Source: Candidatus Hodarchaeota archaeon (GTDB lineage: Archaea; Asgardarchaeota; Heimdallarchaeia; Hodarchaeales; Hodarchaeaceae). From it: a stretch of DNA of 64,000 bases. The stretch is from contig JAEOTC010000075.1 of assembly GCA_016840035.1 (NCBI GenBank), forward strand, positions 1-64,000, in the 5' to 3' direction. The notes below the pieces were generated by a model. It was not told the DNA's origin. It worked only from the letters and a program-made list of their open reading frames with translations, and ran no database searches. The translations under genes and the position numbers were made by a program. Shown in pieces: positions 8,995-19,219 of this stretch (within the stretch, counting starts at the first letter, position 1; the number at the start of each line of letters is the position of its first letter).

Positions 8995-10359
8995 ATGGCA
9001 GAAACAGCTTCAACGAATAAATTGCCTGTATTAATTGCAGGTGTAATAGGATGGGCCCATGATGGTTTTGCTCTAGTCTTGGTGTCCTTATTAGCGACAA
9101 CAATTGCAGCAGAATTTGCAGTATCAAAAGCGGAACTCGGTTTAGTCTTTTCTCTCCAGTACGTTATGACAGTATTTGGTGCAGCTTTCTTTGGATATAT
9201 GGCTGATAAATTTGGTCGGAAACAAGTGCTTCTAATATCAGTTCTATGGGACTCTATCTTCACTGCTCTCTCAGCCTTTGCCCCTACGTTTCTAATATTT
9301 GCAATCTTGCGTTTGATTAGTGGTTTAGGTGTTTCTTGGGGGATTTCATTCTCACTTCTTTCTGAGACATTCTCATCTGATAAACGAGGTAAAGCTGGGG
9401 GTCTTGTTCATGGCACATTTGTGGTGGGATATATTGCGGCAGTTATTGTAACTCTGATCTTTGGGGACATGGCTCCGATCACTCTTGGCCCTCTTGTTCT
9501 TGAAGGTTGGAGAATTTGCTTCTTATCCGCTTTGTTTCCAATTCCGTTTTTAATTTACTTAGAGTATAGATTGGATGAATCACAGGTTTGGGTTGAACAA
9601 AAAGAAATCTTGGATAGAAGTACAAGTGAGATTGACCTTGTTGAAGAAAAGACAACAGGAATTTCGGATATTCTCCGTAGTCAATGGTTAAAATTTATGG
9701 TTCTTCTAACGGTCTTATTTTGGCTATCAGAATTCGCTTATCACGCTTTAGCTGATTGGGCGCCTACATACTTTGAATATATGTTTATCCATGAGTTACA
9801 ACAGAGCGGTGGAAATGTAGATTCCGCTCAAACTCTGGCTAGGGTACTTATGCTAGGAATAATGGTTGTAGCTGGATTTGCTTTGTATTTAACAGGTTGG
9901 GCGAGTGACAGTATAGGTAGAAAACGTGCATTTTTCTATAGCTGTGTAATTGGATTAGTAGGTGTGGTTTTCTTTGTAACCTTCAACTTTGTCACGTACA
10001 TATTTCCTTTAATAATTGTGGGATGCCTTGTATTGACCTTTTCTTTTGGAATGCATGGTGTATTTGGTGTTTGGAGCGCAGAAGTCTTCCCTACAAGATT
10101 TCGTGCGACCGCTACCTCGTTCATCTTTTCTGTTGCGAGGGCATTAGCACTTGGCGCATTTATCATTGGTCTCATTACTGATGCATTAGAACCCACAGTT
10201 GGATCAGGTCTTCCTATCGAGGAACGAGTCTTACTCGACCCGTTGGGCTTTGCTCAAGCTCTCGCCGTCGGAATGACACTATGTGTATTTGCTTATGTGG
10301 CAATGTTTTTCGTCCTACGTCTCATACCTGAAACAAGAGGTAAAGATATTACTACATAA
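8995..10359 (+). CDS. MFS transporter (aromatic acid/sialate:H+ symporter-like)
   Basis: 'GYMADKFGRK', 'SDSIGRKR', 'EVFPTRFRAT', 'PETRG'; about 12 TMs. Confidence 0.9.
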   Translation: MAETASTNKLPVLIAGVIGWAHDGFALVLVSLLATTIAAEFAVSKAELGLVFSLQYVMTVFGAAFFGYMADKFGRKQVLLISVLWDSIFTALSAFAPTFLIFAILRLISGLGVSWGISFSLLSETFSSDKRGKAGGLVHGTFVVGYIAAVIVTLIFGDMAPITLGPLVLEGWRICFLSALFPIPFLIYLEYRLDESQVWVEQKEILDRSTSEIDLVEEKTTGISDILRSQWLKFMVLLTVLFWLSEFAYHALADWAPTYFEYMFIHELQQSGGNVDSAQTLARVLMLGIMVVAGFALYLTGWASDSIGRKRAFFYSCVIGLVGVVFFVTFNFVTYIFPLIIVGCLVLTFSFGMHGVFGVWSAEVFPTRFRATATSFIFSVARALALGAFIIGLITDALEPTVGSGLPIEERVLLDPLGFAQALAVGMTLCVFAYVAMFFVLRLIPETRGKDITT

Positions 10360-10364
10360 CTGAT

Positions 10365-10384
10365 GGAGAATCATCGGATTCTCC
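10365..10384. terminator. Hairpin between convergent genes
   Basis: GGAGAATC-atcg-GATTCTCC 8-bp stem, followed by a pyrimidine tract on the + strand. Confidence 0.5.
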
Positions 10385-10402
10385 CTCTCCAACTTTTCTT
10401 TT

Positions 10403-11377
10403 CTAATCATATTGTTGCATCATCATCAGTAACTGGAATGTAGCAGCTTCCTTTTCTCGCATTGATTCAGTCATATCTTTAGTAGTATAGTCATGAAAAC
10501 CTTTTCCAGACTTTACTCCAAGGGTTTCTTCCTTGATCATCTTTTCTAAAAATTCAGGCGGTTGTATGGACCGATCTAATGCAGGATAAAGATACGAAAG
10601 GACATTTTTTATCGTGTCAATCCCCATCAGATCTACCATTTCAAAAACTTTCATTACAGGTAACCTTAATCCTAATCCGTACCTTACCGTGGTTTCTAGA
10701 TCATTAACATCCATGACTTCATTATCTACTAAGTACATCAGTTCTCTAAATACTGCTGCTTGTAAACGATTATGCACATACCCAGGAATATCCTTTTTCA
10801 CTAAAACTGGACGTTTATTGACATTTGTTAGTAAATCTGTGATTACAGCAATAGTCTCATCAGAAGTTTGAGCTCCTTTTACTATTTCAACTAAAGGCAT
10901 AAGGAGTGGAGGATTCATGAAATGTGTACCAATTACTCTTTCAGGATTTTGAGTTACCTTGGCAATTTCAGAAATACTTAGGCCTGAGGAATTTGTTGCT
11001 AGGATCGTATCGGATGATACTATTCCCTCTATCTCTTTGAAGAATTTCTGTTTGAGTTCGATCTTCTCTGGAATTACTTCAATAATTAGTTGGGATTCAC
11101 TCAGATCATTTAATTCAGAAACGAATTGAATTCGATCCCTTGCAACTTTAAGATCATCACTACTAAAAATTCCCACGCTCTCTACTTTAGTAAAATCTTC
11201 TTCCATCCGTTTTTGAGCATTCTCAATTGCTTCGCTAGATATATCAAATAATTTTATAGAAAAATCAAAAGAAGATCCAAATATTGCGAGAATTTCTGCT
11301 ATTCCAGGTCCCATTACCCCAACTCCAACAATTCCTATGTTTTTGATAGAATTTAAGTCCATTTTAGTCACCAACAT
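10403..11377 (-). CDS. 3-hydroxyacyl-CoA dehydrogenase family protein
   Basis: 'GVGVMG', 'EVIPEKIELK', 'ATNSS', 'HFMNPP', 'PGYVHNRLQ', 'GVKSGKGF'. Confidence 0.92.
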   Translation of the reverse strand: MLVTKMDLNSIKNIGIVGVGVMGPGIAEILAIFGSSFDFSIKLFDISSEAIENAQKRMEEDFTKVESVGIFSSDDLKVARDRIQFVSELNDLSESQLIIEVIPEKIELKQKFFKEIEGIVSSDTILATNSSGLSISEIAKVTQNPERVIGTHFMNPPLLMPLVEIVKGAQTSDETIAVITDLLTNVNKRPVLVKKDIPGYVHNRLQAAVFRELMYLVDNEVMDVNDLETTVRYGLGLRLPVMKVFEMVDLMGIDTIKNVLSYLYPALDRSIQPPEFLEKMIKEETLGVKSGKGFHDYTTKDMTESMREKEAATFQLLMMMQQYD

Positions 11378-11392
11378 ATTAATATCATAATA

Positions 11393-12361
11393 CTAAATTA
11401 TATATTCGGGGTTCGCTCTTACTTCGGCAATAAAATCTTTAACCATCTCCTCTGGTGAGAAAGATGGTGAGTAGTTAAGATCATTAAAAACAGCATCACT
11501 TTCTCCTTTCATCATGGACCAGCTCCGAAGCATGAAGGTCAATTCTGGATCAGGGTCATATTCAATAATCACATCTGGAATCTCATTTCGGACGAGTTCC
11601 GCTAGTTCCTCTGCTTTCATCCATACACCATCAATATTATATGTATTTTCAGGAATATGTTCGTGATTATGGAGACTTACAAGAAATTTGGTTGAATCCT
11701 TAATATATATTACTGGAACAGCAATATCTTCCTCCACATTGCAAATTGCTTTCTCTCCTTGGGCAGGATATTGAATAATATTATTGGCAAAAATGGTCAT
11801 CCCTTTTCCAGTACGACCAGGGCCAATTAATGCAGGAAATCGAATTGAAGTGAATTTAACTCCCTTTCTACGATGATAAAAAGTCCCCAGTACTTCCGAG
11901 CAGACTTTTCCCACACCGTACATTGTCCATGGATCACGATACGATCGTTCTGTTACTGGGAGCTCAACCCCAGGACCATAGATAGCTCCAGAACTGGAAT
12001 AAATGACATGAGAAATGTTAAACTCACGAGCACATTCCAGAATGTTAAAAGTTCCTTGAATATTTATATTAAAAGCATTGGTTAATTCAGATTCCGTTAA
12101 TGGTGGCATTAAACTACCAAAGTGATAAAGAGTCGAAATATTCTCAGCTTTACCAACATGGGAAAATACTTCCGCTCGATTTGAAACATCACTTTTAATT
12201 ATTGATACACGAGGGTTACCTTTCAGTGATTTTACTCGTTTCTCATTGATATAGTAGTCCATCAATAATAAATTTTCATCTGTTGCTTCTAAAAGAGCTT
12301 TAGCTAGAAAAGAGCCGATAAATCCTGTTCCGCCTATGATAGCTATCGTCACATTCCTCAC
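11393..12361 (-). CDS. Extended SDR, L-threonine 3-dehydrogenase-like NAD-dependent epimerase/dehydrogenase
   Basis: 'GGTGFIG', 'SSGAIYG', YxxxK 'YGVGK'. 'RFPALIGPG' resembles SDR-type TDH. Confidence 0.75.
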   Translation of the reverse strand: MRNVTIAIIGGTGFIGSFLAKALLEATDENLLLMDYYINEKRVKSLKGNPRVSIIKSDVSNRAEVFSHVGKAENISTLYHFGSLMPPLTESELTNAFNINIQGTFNILECAREFNISHVIYSSSGAIYGPGVELPVTERSYRDPWTMYGVGKVCSEVLGTFYHRRKGVKFTSIRFPALIGPGRTGKGMTIFANNIIQYPAQGEKAICNVEEDIAVPVIYIKDSTKFLVSLHNHEHIPENTYNIDGVWMKAEELAELVRNEIPDVIIEYDPDPELTFMLRSWSMMKGESDAVFNDLNYSPSFSPEEMVKDFIAEVRANPEYII

Positions 12362-12370
12362 TCCAAATAA

Positions 12371-14080
12371 TTATTCCCAAAATGATGGATCCGCTTTTGC
12401 TGCTGCACTTTGGTTTAAAATGTTTGTAACAGAACCATCCACCCTCACATCTACAACCGAGACTCCGTCGCTATTAATTGCACGTTTAATCGCAGAAGGT
12501 ACATCTTCTGGACGAGTAACTAGTTCCCCTTGGCCTCCAAGACTTTCAGCAAATTTAACGTAATCAATATGCTTTTTTTCATCTAAGGTGGTTCCAATGC
12601 GTTCTCCCCAAGATAAATCTTGATTATGTGCAATCATTCCCCATAAGGAATCATTTTCAATGATTATTGTCAAAGGTAAGTCATATCGGACTGCTGTATC
12701 GATCTCTGCTCCATTGAATAAGAAAGATCCATCTCCTGAAAGCACGATGATATTCTTATCAGGTTCGGCTAGTTTTCCAGCAATTCCCATTGGTAAACCT
12801 GCACCGAGATGCCCAGTTGGACCATGAGATCCGATTATCTGGCCTGGATACGTTGCTTTCAAAATAATATTTGCCCAAACCGTAGTATCTCCTCCATCTA
12901 GGTATAACCTAGTATTTTCGTCGAGAAATTGTTGAATATCTTTAGTCAGTTTTTGGGGTTTGATTGGTACTTCGCTTGAATCCACTGGTCCACTTATCAT
13001 TTCTTCAAGCTGGTTACGATCTCCTTTTATCGTCTTTGCCCATTCATTATGTAGATTTACCTTAGCTTTTAATTTTATTACTGTGCCTAAGAGTTGTTCC
13101 AAGAAAGGATTTATTGAGCAGGCTATTCCAAGTTCTAGTGGGCGATTCTTTCCTACTGCGGTTGCTTCTGGATCAACATGTACTAATTTTACATCTTCAG
13201 AATAAAATGCTGGATTTGTTCCATACCCCTGGTATTCTCCGAATATGACACCTAAAGCAAGAATAAAATCAGCTTGGTTTAGTAAGATGTTCTGAATTGC
13301 ACTCCCGATAGCCAAAGGATGAAGTTCTGGAATCGATCCTTTACCTAAATCATCATATGCAACTGGGATGGACAAATATTCCGCTAAAGTTAAAAGATTG
13401 GCCGAAGCCGATCCCCAATAGACTCCACTTCCCGCAATTATAACTGGGTTTTTTGCCTCTAATAACTGATCAGCCACTTTCTTTACAAGTAATGGATCAG
13501 GATATCTATATCCCTGAGGACGATATTGTTCTGGATTTAATCCATAGAATGGTTTTGCACGATCAATCTCTGTCTCGAGAGTGAGGATGTCAACTGGAAT
13601 ATCAAGTAAGACTGGCCCCATATTTTCTGCCATGCTTGCTCTAAAAGCTTCTTGCATGTATTCGGGTATCCGATGAGTATCATATACCATTCGTGCATAT
13701 TTTGTCGTCGGTGTAGCCAGTGGTAGATGTTCTACTTCCTGAGCTGCATGTTTATTGAGATCTCTTAAAGCAGTATGTCCTGTAATGGCGATTACAGGAC
13801 TATGAGCATAATAAGCACTAATTAACGCTGGAAGTACATTTGAAAAACCTGGACCAGCAGTTACTAAACAGACTCCGGGAGTTCGAGTTGTTTTAGCCCA
13901 GCCTTCTGCTGCATTTCCAGCAGCTTGTTCATGTCTAGTCGTGATGATAGGTATACCCTCTTCTACCAGTCCTTTATAGATTGGGTTGATATGTCCTCCC
14001 GATAATGTGAAGACATACTGCACATCCTCTAGTTTCAAACTTTTTGCTACGAAAGAGCCACCTGATAACCGTTCTGTCAC
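12371..14080 (-). CDS. ThDP-dependent enzyme, 2-hydroxyacyl-CoA lyase/ILVBL-like (acetolactate synthase superfamily)
   Basis: 'FTLSGGHINPI', 'RHEQAA', 'TAGPG', 'GDGSF...END'. No ALS small subunit adjacent. Confidence 0.8.
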   Translation of the reverse strand: MTERLSGGSFVAKSLKLEDVQYVFTLSGGHINPIYKGLVEEGIPIITTRHEQAAGNAAEGWAKTTRTPGVCLVTAGPGFSNVLPALISAYYAHSPVIAITGHTALRDLNKHAAQEVEHLPLATPTTKYARMVYDTHRIPEYMQEAFRASMAENMGPVLLDIPVDILTLETEIDRAKPFYGLNPEQYRPQGYRYPDPLLVKKVADQLLEAKNPVIIAGSGVYWGSASANLLTLAEYLSIPVAYDDLGKGSIPELHPLAIGSAIQNILLNQADFILALGVIFGEYQGYGTNPAFYSEDVKLVHVDPEATAVGKNRPLELGIACSINPFLEQLLGTVIKLKAKVNLHNEWAKTIKGDRNQLEEMISGPVDSSEVPIKPQKLTKDIQQFLDENTRLYLDGGDTTVWANIILKATYPGQIIGSHGPTGHLGAGLPMGIAGKLAEPDKNIIVLSGDGSFLFNGAEIDTAVRYDLPLTIIIENDSLWGMIAHNQDLSWGERIGTTLDEKKHIDYVKFAESLGGQGELVTRPEDVPSAIKRAINSDGVSVVDVRVDGSVTNILNQSAAAKADPSFWE

Positions 14081-14119
14081 TTTATTCCACCAAGACTATA
14101 CACTAATTCTGCCCAGTTA

Positions 14120-14146
14120 AAGTACTTCAGCAGAGGGAGTACTCCC
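14120..14146. promoter_or_regulatory. Tandem AGTACT-centred palindromes in divergent promoter
   Basis: AAGTACTT (14120-14127) and GGGAGTACTCCC (14135-14146) between the divergent ThDP enzyme and AOR genes. Confidence 0.4.
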
Positions 14147-14195
14147 ATATTTTTGAGAGAGATTTTTATTAATTTCGAATTTCAAATTTTATTCG

Positions 14196-16049
14196 ATGAA
14201 AATGTCCAATGGGTTTTATAATCGACTTGTACGAATCAATCTTTCCACAAATGAAATAAAAAAGGAAAAATTACCGGAAAATGCTGTAGAAAACTTCATG
14301 GGTGGGAAAGGTTTGGGAGCGTTTATTTTAACAAAAGAATTGAAGCCAGGGATTGATCCGTTAGGATCTGAAAATAAGATCATACTATCCACTGGTCCTC
14401 TACAGGGTTCAGTAGTACCGATATGTGGTCGTTACTGTATTGTGACCAAATCACCTCTTACTGGATTATTTTTAGATTCTCATGCCGGAGGATTTATAGG
14501 CCCAGAATTAAAGTTCGCTGGTTATGATGCGATTATTGTTGAAGGTAGAGCGAGTTCTCCTTGCTTTATTTCAATTATTAATGAAGAGGTTAAGATAAAC
14601 AAAGCAGAAAAACTCAAGGGTCTGACAACCTTGGCAAAAGAGATCAAGTTCAAAGAAATTATCAAGGAACCCAAGGCAAAAATTATGTCGATTGGTCCCG
14701 CAGGTGAAAATTTAGTTAAGTACGCTTGTGTTACAAGTGATAGTTTCCGAAATACTGGCCGAGGTGGTGTAGGAGCTGTATTTGGAAGTAAAAATCTTCT
14801 TGGAATAGCAATAAGAGGGAGTAATCGTGATATTTCCGTATTCAATTTAACTGATTTAAAACAAAAGGCATTAGATCTTCGAAAACGAGCATCAAAAGGA
14901 AAAGAAATTGATCATTGGATTTATAGAATTGGAACACCCGCTCTCTTCAATTTATCCTCTGACCGTGATCAGTTACCTGTCCGTAATTTTCAATTTGGGA
15001 CTTTAAACGATGAAGCTTCGACTCTGGGAGAAGATGCCCTTAAAAAATATAGTACCAGGAAGAAACCCTGTTATAAATGTGTAATCCAGTGTGCACATAT
15101 CTTTGGTGGAGATTTATCATTTAAAGATGACGATAAACATATTGCAGCTGTTCCTGAATATGAAACTTTGGGATTAATTGGTTCTAGCTGCGCAGTAAAA
15201 TATGAAACTGTAGTAGAAGCGAACTACCTTTTAAATAAGTATGGACTTGATTCGATTAGTACAGGTAGCACGATTGCATTTTTTATGGAGTGTAGTGAAC
15301 GGGGAATAGTGCCAAAAGAATATCAGTCTGAACAGATAAATTTTGGAGATGATCAAGGACTACTAGATCTAATACCTAAGATTGCATACAGACAAGGTGT
15401 CGGGAAAATCTTAGCTGAAGGAACTAAGAGAGTGTCAGAACTATTTGGTCAAGAATCAGATAAGTTTGCAATACATGTAAAAGGTCTTGAGATGGCAGCT
15501 TGGGATCCTAGAGGACGATTAGCATTGGGATTGAGTTATGCAACAGCAGCCGTGGGAGCTTCGCACCTCCGAGGTTGGCCAACTACAATGAAAATTCCCA
15601 AAGATGAGGATGTTACACCAGAAGTAGTACAAACATTAGTTTCGGAACAAGATCTAAAACTGATTAAAGATAGTCTGATCATATGTCACTTCACTCACTC
15701 CATTATCCCCGCTTTAAATCTTCAAGATGTACAAACACTTTATGAAGCATCTATGGGAGGTTCTCAAAGCATTCGTGATATCGCGCAAAATATTTGGAGT
15801 TTAACCCGATATTTCAATATGCGAGAATTCCAATTACATAATTCTACTGCAGGGGACTTTGATACTTTACCTCATCGTATTCTTCAGGAACCACTACCTT
15901 CTGGAACTGCTGAAGGGTCCAAAGCATTTAATTCTACCAAAGATTTCCAACAAGGTCTGAAGTATTTGTATCAAATGAGACGTTGTGACGAGAACGGTGA
16001 ATTAATAGATTCAGAAGCGGAAAGAATGAAAAATTTTGTTGGAATTTAA
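14196..16049 (+). CDS. aor: Aldehyde:ferredoxin oxidoreductase family (tungstopterin)
   Basis: 'KSPLTG', 'IGPAGENLV', 'GRGGVGAVFGSKNL', CxxCxxxC, 'PEYET', 'DPRG'. Confidence 0.92.
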   Translation: MKMSNGFYNRLVRINLSTNEIKKEKLPENAVENFMGGKGLGAFILTKELKPGIDPLGSENKIILSTGPLQGSVVPICGRYCIVTKSPLTGLFLDSHAGGFIGPELKFAGYDAIIVEGRASSPCFISIINEEVKINKAEKLKGLTTLAKEIKFKEIIKEPKAKIMSIGPAGENLVKYACVTSDSFRNTGRGGVGAVFGSKNLLGIAIRGSNRDISVFNLTDLKQKALDLRKRASKGKEIDHWIYRIGTPALFNLSSDRDQLPVRNFQFGTLNDEASTLGEDALKKYSTRKKPCYKCVIQCAHIFGGDLSFKDDDKHIAAVPEYETLGLIGSSCAVKYETVVEANYLLNKYGLDSISTGSTIAFFMECSERGIVPKEYQSEQINFGDDQGLLDLIPKIAYRQGVGKILAEGTKRVSELFGQESDKFAIHVKGLEMAAWDPRGRLALGLSYATAAVGASHLRGWPTTMKIPKDEDVTPEVVQTLVSEQDLKLIKDSLIICHFTHSIIPALNLQDVQTLYEASMGGSQSIRDIAQNIWSLTRYFNMREFQLHNSTAGDFDTLPHRILQEPLPSGTAEGSKAFNSTKDFQQGLKYLYQMRRCDENGELIDSEAERMKNFVGI

Positions 16050-16051
16050 GA

Positions 16052-18436
16052 TTGATATTCGAACAAACCCAGGTGGACAATACAAAAAGAGATTTTCTTG
16101 ACAAATGTCTACCCTTACTATCAAAAGAGAATGATCAGGATAAAGACACGCTATTCAAGATTATTGCTAATATAATTTTTTTAGTGCTTCTATCTGAGAA
16201 TTTTATTGAAGATAATTTGTTTTTGAATAGAATGAAGGAGAAATCAAACAAATTAAGGATAGAAGTATTAATAGAACATATATTGAGTGCATCTCGAAGC
16301 AAAGAACCATCCCAAGTAATAATTCATGAACTCTTGGAGGAGCTATCAAGGATTGATGATCTTGGGAATGCGGAAATAGATGTTGAAACATTCTTTTCGA
16401 TACTTGATTTAGTCCCTCTTGATTTGAATTCGGGATCTCAGGTCCTTTCACTTGTAGTAGAACATTATTCTGGATCTATAATTGCGAGGAAGAAGCGTGG
16501 TTCATATTACACTCTTCAAGAAGACGCAGAATTGATTTCATTTATTTCTGGTTTTCGATTTCTACAACATGTGACTAAAGGAGATTCTAATGAAGATCTT
16601 TTCAATATGTTAACTTCAAAATCTACGAAACAAGAACAAGTAACACTTTTTGCTGATTTACCTTCTGAGATTTCTATATTGGATCCGAGCTGTGGAACAG
16701 GGTCATTTTTAGTTGAAATTATCCACTTTCTTGCACGCTTAGGATCTAGATTGGCAAATAAAAAGTTGAAAGTTTCAGTTTATGGATATGATCTCAATTC
16801 CGAGGCTTTAATTGGAGCTAAATTCCGAATATTGCTCCTTAAACTTTCACTTATAAAAAAATACGGATTTATGCCAATAGAAATAGAATTTAGATTTTCG
16901 ACCAATGATTTTTTGTTGAATGACATTAATAACAAATTTGATATCATCATCGGAAATCCTCCTTATATACGACATGAAGATATTGGAATGTACCAAGATC
17001 CCGGTTACAAAGAGAGTCTCCAAGAGAAATATTTATCACTCTTAGAACCAAATGTTAAACTAGATCGAAAAAGCGATTATCTGATTTACTTTTGCATTAA
17101 ATGCTTAGACCAGCTAAAATCAAGTGGGGTGTTAGTTTTCCTAACTTCTAACGCATGGTTAGAAGTGAAATATGGCAAAACCTTACAGAATCAATTAATA
17201 TCCTTGTTAAGCAGACAAAAATTAACCAACTGTGAAATCATTCACCAATCACGCTCTAGATTATGGGAACATCTCGGAATTAATTCAGTAATCTTTCTAG
17301 CTGTAAAATCAGAGAAAAAAAGCGTAATTAGGGCAAAAATCTTCTTTACTGAAACCTTCATAGATTTAAGAGAAATTCCTCCATCTTTATTAAAACAAGG
17401 GCTAATTTTTGGGAAAGAATTCTCATCTAAAGAGTATAGAACTGAATTTATTTCTATTGCTGATCTAAAATCTACCCATAAGTGGGCTGGTACGTTTTTA
17501 CGAGCAACTAGGAATGAGCGTCAAGTTTTGCACAAGTTGAAAATACGAGGTAAACCTCTTTCAGATCTAGCAGATGTGCAATTTGGGCTTAAGACAGGGG
17601 CTAATGATTTCTTCCATTTATCAGTAATATTTCAAGATGAGAAATCAAATCTTGTCAAAATTACCAATGCTCTAGGTTATCACGGTGAAATTGAGAACAG
17701 ATTTCTCCTCCCATTGATTAAAAGTCCTCTAGAATGCGAGGGGTTCGAAATACCATCTTCATTCATCCCTAAGGTTTGGTTATTCAACTGTCAAGAACCT
17801 CTGGGTAATATAAAAAGTGAAAACGCTACCAAATATATTCAATGGGGTGCAAATAGTCAAGTATCTGTTAAACAAGGAAAAAAAATGGGAACTAGTATAA
17901 ATGGATTCCATCAGCTTAAAAGCTTAAGTCATAGAGATCCATGGTTTAGTTTACCGAAATGTAAGTCACCCCATCTTCTCTGGACAAAGAGTATTCATGA
18001 TAAACCTGGATGTTTGTTAAATCGTTCGAATTTAATCCCAGATCAACGATTTTATGGAATATCTGTACACGATTCCAAATATATTCCGTTAATATTCGCA
18101 TATCTTAACAGCAGTCTCATTTGGGCGCAGATGGAGCTTTCAGGAAATACGAACATGGGATTTGGAGTATTAGATACTAATGTTTACTGGTTAAAATCTG
18201 TGAGAATTCCAACCAATTTAACAGAAGACCAGGAAGTTTCCTTGTTTAAATTCTGTACTGAATTAAGAAAAGAGACCTCTAGGAAGCCGATTACATCAGA
18301 ATCCCCTCTACGTAGACAAATTGACTCTTTCTTCTGCAATCTTCTTGAAATTTCGGAAAAAGAGTATATTTTGTTAAACCAATTTATCAAAAGAAGCGTA
18401 ATCAACCGGCTTAAAGAAAATACGAAAGGTAATTAA
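16052..18436 (+). CDS. N6-adenine DNA methyltransferase, gamma class (Eco57I/TaqI-like) with C-terminal TRD; no recognisable nuclease domain
   Basis: 'GSYYT', motif I 'LDPSCGTGSF', motif IV 'IGNPPY', 'FLTSNAWL', 'GLKTGANDFF'. Confidence 0.85.
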   Translation: MIFEQTQVDNTKRDFLDKCLPLLSKENDQDKDTLFKIIANIIFLVLLSENFIEDNLFLNRMKEKSNKLRIEVLIEHILSASRSKEPSQVIIHELLEELSRIDDLGNAEIDVETFFSILDLVPLDLNSGSQVLSLVVEHYSGSIIARKKRGSYYTLQEDAELISFISGFRFLQHVTKGDSNEDLFNMLTSKSTKQEQVTLFADLPSEISILDPSCGTGSFLVEIIHFLARLGSRLANKKLKVSVYGYDLNSEALIGAKFRILLLKLSLIKKYGFMPIEIEFRFSTNDFLLNDINNKFDIIIGNPPYIRHEDIGMYQDPGYKESLQEKYLSLLEPNVKLDRKSDYLIYFCIKCLDQLKSSGVLVFLTSNAWLEVKYGKTLQNQLISLLSRQKLTNCEIIHQSRSRLWEHLGINSVIFLAVKSEKKSVIRAKIFFTETFIDLREIPPSLLKQGLIFGKEFSSKEYRTEFISIADLKSTHKWAGTFLRATRNERQVLHKLKIRGKPLSDLADVQFGLKTGANDFFHLSVIFQDEKSNLVKITNALGYHGEIENRFLLPLIKSPLECEGFEIPSSFIPKVWLFNCQEPLGNIKSENATKYIQWGANSQVSVKQGKKMGTSINGFHQLKSLSHRDPWFSLPKCKSPHLLWTKSIHDKPGCLLNRSNLIPDQRFYGISVHDSKYIPLIFAYLNSSLIWAQMELSGNTNMGFGVLDTNVYWLKSVRIPTNLTEDQEVSLFKFCTELRKETSRKPITSESPLRRQIDSFFCNLLEISEKEYILLNQFIKRSVINRLKENTKGN

Positions 18437-18483
18437 ATAGACATCTCAGTTCGAATCATGTAGAGTAAGGGTGAAATCTACTC

Positions 18484-19134
18484 GTGAATGTTGCTACCTT
18501 ATCCTTTCGTGAAGTGATTGATCAGCTGGTTCGCCAGCAGTTTTTTATTTCTCCAAACATTATTACAGATAGAACCTACACACTCCAATTCGAAGTGGAA
18601 GGATCCAATAAGATATTAGATCATTTTGCGGACTTTCTTTTTAATCACTGCAAGGATCTTTATGGAACTGATCCCGTTCCCTATCTTGATACTCTACTTC
18701 GTACAGGAAAGAAATTGTCGATAAACCCATTGGATAAACTTGAAATTCGATTTGATGAAAAAATTGGCAGTTTTATTAAAGAAGGACTGGCAACAGAAAC
18801 TATTCTCTTTATTGCTACAATATCTTCGATATTAGAAGTATTGGATTATTCTCATTACCAAACATTGCTTAAGGAATTATCAGGTCTTTATTATCATCAA
18901 TGTATTAGCTTACTCGCGACTCAAGAGTATGAAGATCAAGAAAAAAATCTGAATGATGGATTAAAGCGTCTAAGTGAAGCTGCAGAACCTAAATTGTCTC
19001 TTATTCAAAATATAATTAAGTTGAAGAGCTTGGCATCAATTTTTGACATTACTGAACTGATCTCTTACGATAAACGTCAGCTCATGGATATTCAATCAGA
19101 TATCATCCGCAAAGTAATCTCGGGGAGTTATTAA
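18484..19134 (+). CDS. Hypothetical soluble helical protein
   Basis: 216-aa ORF with an upstream GGTGA SD-like site; no recognised motif. Confidence 0.6.
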   Translation: MNVATLSFREVIDQLVRQQFFISPNIITDRTYTLQFEVEGSNKILDHFADFLFNHCKDLYGTDPVPYLDTLLRTGKKLSINPLDKLEIRFDEKIGSFIKEGLATETILFIATISSILEVLDYSHYQTLLKELSGLYYHQCISLLATQEYEDQEKNLNDGLKRLSEAAEPKLSLIQNIIKLKSLASIFDITELISYDKRQLMDIQSDIIRKVISGSY

Positions 19135-19219
19135 TCACTTTAATTTTTCAAAAAGGTTAAAAACTCGATTACTGCAATTAAAATCTAACCTTTAAACTCG
19201 ACATTCAAGGGTTTTAACC

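Noticed and set aside
16052-18436. BREX PglX, DISARM or a complete Type IIG RM system
   Set aside because: No partner genes (pglZ, brxC, drm) and no recognisable nuclease domain.
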